64,000 nucleotides of DNA from Eledone cirrhosa (lineage: Eukaryota): NCBI GenBank assembly GCA_964016885.1, contig OZ024740.1:352284001-352348000 (forward strand). The letters run 5' to 3'. The translations under genes were made by a program, and so were the position numbers. How positions within the stretch are numbered: the first letter of the stretch is position 1; each line of letters begins with the position of its first letter. The notes below the pieces were generated by a model that ran no database searches, was not told the origin of the DNA, and was given only the letters and a program-made list of their open reading frames with translations. Positions 60,101 through 64,000 of this stretch are shown here, piece after piece.

Positions 60101-63100
60101 AAAAAAAGAAAACGCAACGGGAAAAAAATTTTTCACACCAAGATCAATAGCTTGGTGTGATGCAGTATGGTGTAACTTGGTATGGTGTAGTTTGGTTTGG
60201 TTTACTTATGAAATGGAAACCAATTGTAAACGATAGATTCCCATGTCATATTCATTGATAATGTGTGGGAAAATAGTCATTTGCAAGCACCTTTGATGTT
60301 AGTTTGAGGTGGTAACCACAAAAAAAAAAGAGCAGGTAGCAAATTTGTCATATTGATGTCCATACCATGGTGTGATGTAAATGGTATGAGTAAGTGTTCT
60401 GTAATAAATTTACCATATAGTGAAGTATGGTTATGGTGTGGATTGGGGTAGATTAATGTGCTGTGGTGTGCTTTATTATATGTGAGGATTTAAATTTCCA
60501 CTTTGATTTATGCTAGAAAAAATATTTTTCCTCTATTTTTGCACGTGCTATCAACTTCCAAGAAGCTCGCAGTGGACTATGCTTTTAGCATATTAACAAA
60601 AAATATGACTTCCGCTGCAATAAAAAATGACTAGCTTTGTAAATGTTATTTCCACCCACATCCTCCCTCTTTTTTCTACAAAGCTAGTCATTTTCATCAG
60701 GTTTCCATGTCATAACCATTGATAATATGTGCATAAAATAGTAATTTGCGAGCACCTTTTATGTCAAATTGGGTGGTAAGTACAATAAAAAAAAAAAAAT
60801 GCCAGATGGAAATTTGTAACACCAAAATCAATATCTTGGCGTGATGTAGTATGGTGTGATTTGGTGAAGTTTCTACAAAGATATCCATTTTCGACAGGTT
60901 TCCATGTCATAATTATTGATAAGTGGGAAAAAAATAATCGATTGGGAGCAACTTTAATGTCCGATTGGGTGGTAAGCACACAAAAAAAAAAAAAAGGAAA
61001 CGGGAAGAACATTTTTCACACCAAGATCAATAGCTTGGTGTGATGCAGTATGGTGTAACTTGGTATGGTGTAGTTTGGTTTGGTTTACTTATGAAATGGA
61101 AACCAATTGTAAACGATAGATTCCCATGTCATATTCATTGATAATGTGTGGGAAAATAGTCATTTGCAAGCACCTTTGATGTTAGTTTGAGGTGGTAACC
61201 ACAAAAAAAAAAGAGCAGGTAGCAAATTTGTCATATTGATGTCCATACCATGGTGTGATGTAAATGGTATGAGTAAGTGTTCTGTAATAAATTTACCATA
61301 TAGTGAAGTATGGTTATGGTGTGGATTGGGGTAGATTAATGTGCTGTGGTGTGCTTTGTTATAAGTGAGGATTTAAATTTCCACTTTGATTTATGTTAGA
61401 AAAAATATTTTTCCTTCATTTTTGCACGTGCTATCAACTTCCTAGAAGCTCGCAGTGGACTATGCTTTTAGCATATTAACAAAAAATATGACTTCCGCTG
61501 CAATAAAAAATGACTAGCTTTGTAAATGGTATTTCCACCCACATCCTCCCTCTTTTTTCTACAAAGCTAGTCATTTTCATCAGGTTTCCATGTCATAACC
61601 ATTGATAATATGTGCATAAAATAGTAATTTGCGAGCACCTTTTATGTCAAATTGGGTGGTAAGTACAGAAAAAAAAAAAAAAAAAAAATGCCAGATGGAA
61701 ATTTGTCACACCAAAATTAATATCTTGGCGTGATGTAGTATGGTGTGATTTGGTGAAGTTTCTACAAAGATATCCATTTTCGACAGGTTTCCATGTCATA
61801 ATTATTGATAAGTGTGAAAAAAATAGTCGATTGGGAGCAACTTTAATGTCAGATTGGGTGGTAAGCACACAAGAAAAAAAGAAAACGCAACGGGAAAAAA
61901 ATTTTTCACACCAAGATCAATAGCTTGGTGAGATGAAGTATGGTGTAACTTGGTTTGGTTTGGTTTGGTGAAGTTATGAAATGGAAACCAATTGTAAACG
62001 ATAGATTCCCATGTCATATTCATTGATAATGAGTGGGAAAATAGTCATTTGCAAGCACTTTTGATGTTAGTTTGAGGTGGTAACCACAAAAAAAAAAAGA
62101 GCAGGTAGCAAATTTGTCACATTGATGTCCATACCATAGTGTGATGTAAATGGTATGAGTAAGTGTTCTGTAATAAATTTACCATATAGTGAAGTATGGT
62201 TATGGTGTGGATTGGCGTAGATTAATGTGCTGTGGTATCCTTTGTTATAAGTGAGGATTTAAATTTCCACTTTGATTTATGTTAGAAAAAATATTTTTCC
62301 TCTAATTTTGCACGTGCTATCAACTTCCTAGAAGCTCGCAGTGGACTATGCTTTTAGCATATTAACAAAAAATATGACTCCGGCTGCAATAAAAAATGAC
62401 TAGCTTTGTAAATGGTATTTCCACCCACATCCTCCCTCTTTTTTCTACAAAGCTAGTCATTTTCATCAGGTTTCCATGTCATAACCATTGATAATATGTG
62501 CATAAAATAGTAATTTGTGAGCACCTTTTATGTCAAATTGTGTGGTAAGTACAAAAAAAAAAAAAAAATAAAAAAAAATATGCCAGATGGAAATTTATCC
62601 CACCAAAATCAATATCTTGGTGTGATGTAGTATGGTGTGGTTTGGTGAAGTTTCTACAAAGATAGTCATTTTCGACAGGTTTCCATGTCATAGTTATTGA
62701 TAAGTGGGAAAAAAATAGTCAATTGGGAGCAACTTTAATGTCAGATTGGGTGGTAAGCACACAAAAAAAAAAAAGGAAACGGGAAGAAAATTTTTCACAC
62801 CAAGATCAATAGCTTGGTGTGATGTAGTATGGTGTAACTTGGTTTGGTTTGGTTTGGTTTGGTTTGATTTGATTTGGTTTGGTGAAATTATGAAATGGAA
62901 ACCAACTGTAAACGATAGATTCCCATGTCATATTCATTGATAATGTGTGGGAAAATAGTCATTTGCAAGCACCTTTGATGTTAGTTTGAGGTGGTAACCA
63001 CAAAAAAAAAAGAGCAGGTAGCAAATTTGTCACATTGATGTCCATACCATGGTGTGATGTAAATGGTATGAGTAAGTGTTCTGTAATAAATTTACCATAT

Positions 63101-63830
63101 ACTGAAGTATGGTTATGGTGTGGATTGGGGTAGATTAATGTGCTGTGGTGTGCTTTGTTATAAGTGAGGATTTAAATTTCCACTTTGATTTATGTTAGAA
63201 AAAAGTTTTTCCTTCATTTTTGCATGTGCTATCAACTTCCAAGAAGCTCGCAGTGGTCTATGCTTTTGGCATATTAACAAAAAATATGACTTCCACTGCA
63301 ATAAAAAATGACTAGCTTTGTAAATGGTATTTCCACCCACTTCCTCCCTCTTTTTTCTACAAAGCTAGTTATTTTCATCAGGTTTCCATGTCATAATTAT
63401 TGATAATATGTGCATAAAATAGTCAATTGCGAGCACCTTTAATGTCAGATTGGGTGGTAAGAACACACACACACAAAAAAAAAAGAAACAGGAAGAAAAT
63501 TTTTCACACTGTGATCAAAAGCATGGTGTGATGTAGAATGATGTAGTTTGTTATGGTGTGGTTTGGATTGTTGGAGTTATGACATGAGAACCTATTGCAA
63601 ATGATAGGTTTCCATGTTGATAACACATTGATAATGTAACACATTGATAATGTTACACATTGATAATGTGTAAAAAAATAGTCATTTGTGAGCACCTTTG
63701 ATATCAGATTGGGTGGTAAGCACACACACACAGTAAAAAAAAAAACAGGAAGAAAAATGTTCTCACTGAGATTAAGAGCATGGTATGATGTAGTATGGTG
63801 TAGTTTAATGTGGTATGGTTTTCCAAGCTC
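57170..63830. repeat. Higher-order satellite, about 7.5 units of 883-913 bp built from ~195-bp monomers
   Basis: Marker gtagattaatgtgctgtgg at 57791, 58674, 59557, 60448, 61331, 62217, 63130. Identical spurious ORFs recur at 883- and 1774-bp spacing. Confidence 0.95.
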
Positions 63831-64000
63831 CAACATGCTCACAGCCGACTATGCTTTTACCATCATCATCATCATTTTACGTCCACTTTTCCCTGCTTGC
63901 AAGGGTGGGACGGGACCTGATTCTGGCTTGATTTCTACAGCTGGATCATTCTACAGCTGGATGCCCTTCCTAACACCAACCTCATTTACAGTGAGTGCTG

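Noticed and set aside
57364-63842. Repeated 60-112 aa ORFs in the satellite
   Set aside because: Poly-Phe/poly-Lys from A tracts, frames broken by tract-length changes, and no domain similarity recognised.

Overview
AT-rich, repeat-dense animal DNA. The C2H2 finger style, SINE families and (TA)n tracts suggest an octopus-like coleoid cephalopod (inference). Only two convincing host genes are present: paralogous minus-strand C2H2 zinc-finger genes (11045-11875, 42485-43393), each with one coding exon and a predicted non-coding first exon. They lie in a decayed tandem array of about four duplicated units. Two units keep the promoter/first-exon/splice-donor module and the 3' flank but have no zinc-finger exon. 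The rest is transposon-derived: RTE, CR1/L2 and CRE-like LINE remnants, mariner relics, hAT/piggyBac/Tc1-type MITEs, Helitrons, a Gypsy gag relic, a young non-coding LTR element with a tRNA-Trp PBS, two tRNA-derived SINE families, and a ~885-bp higher-order satellite at 57.2-63.8 kb. The most striking non-coding signal is a set of Penelope/retrozyme-like repeats that fold as type I hammerhead ribozymes. One family carries a CAGAAGA (U4A) core variant and occurs as fold-backs and as a 371-bp tandem unit. All calls are by eye; no database search or folding program was run.
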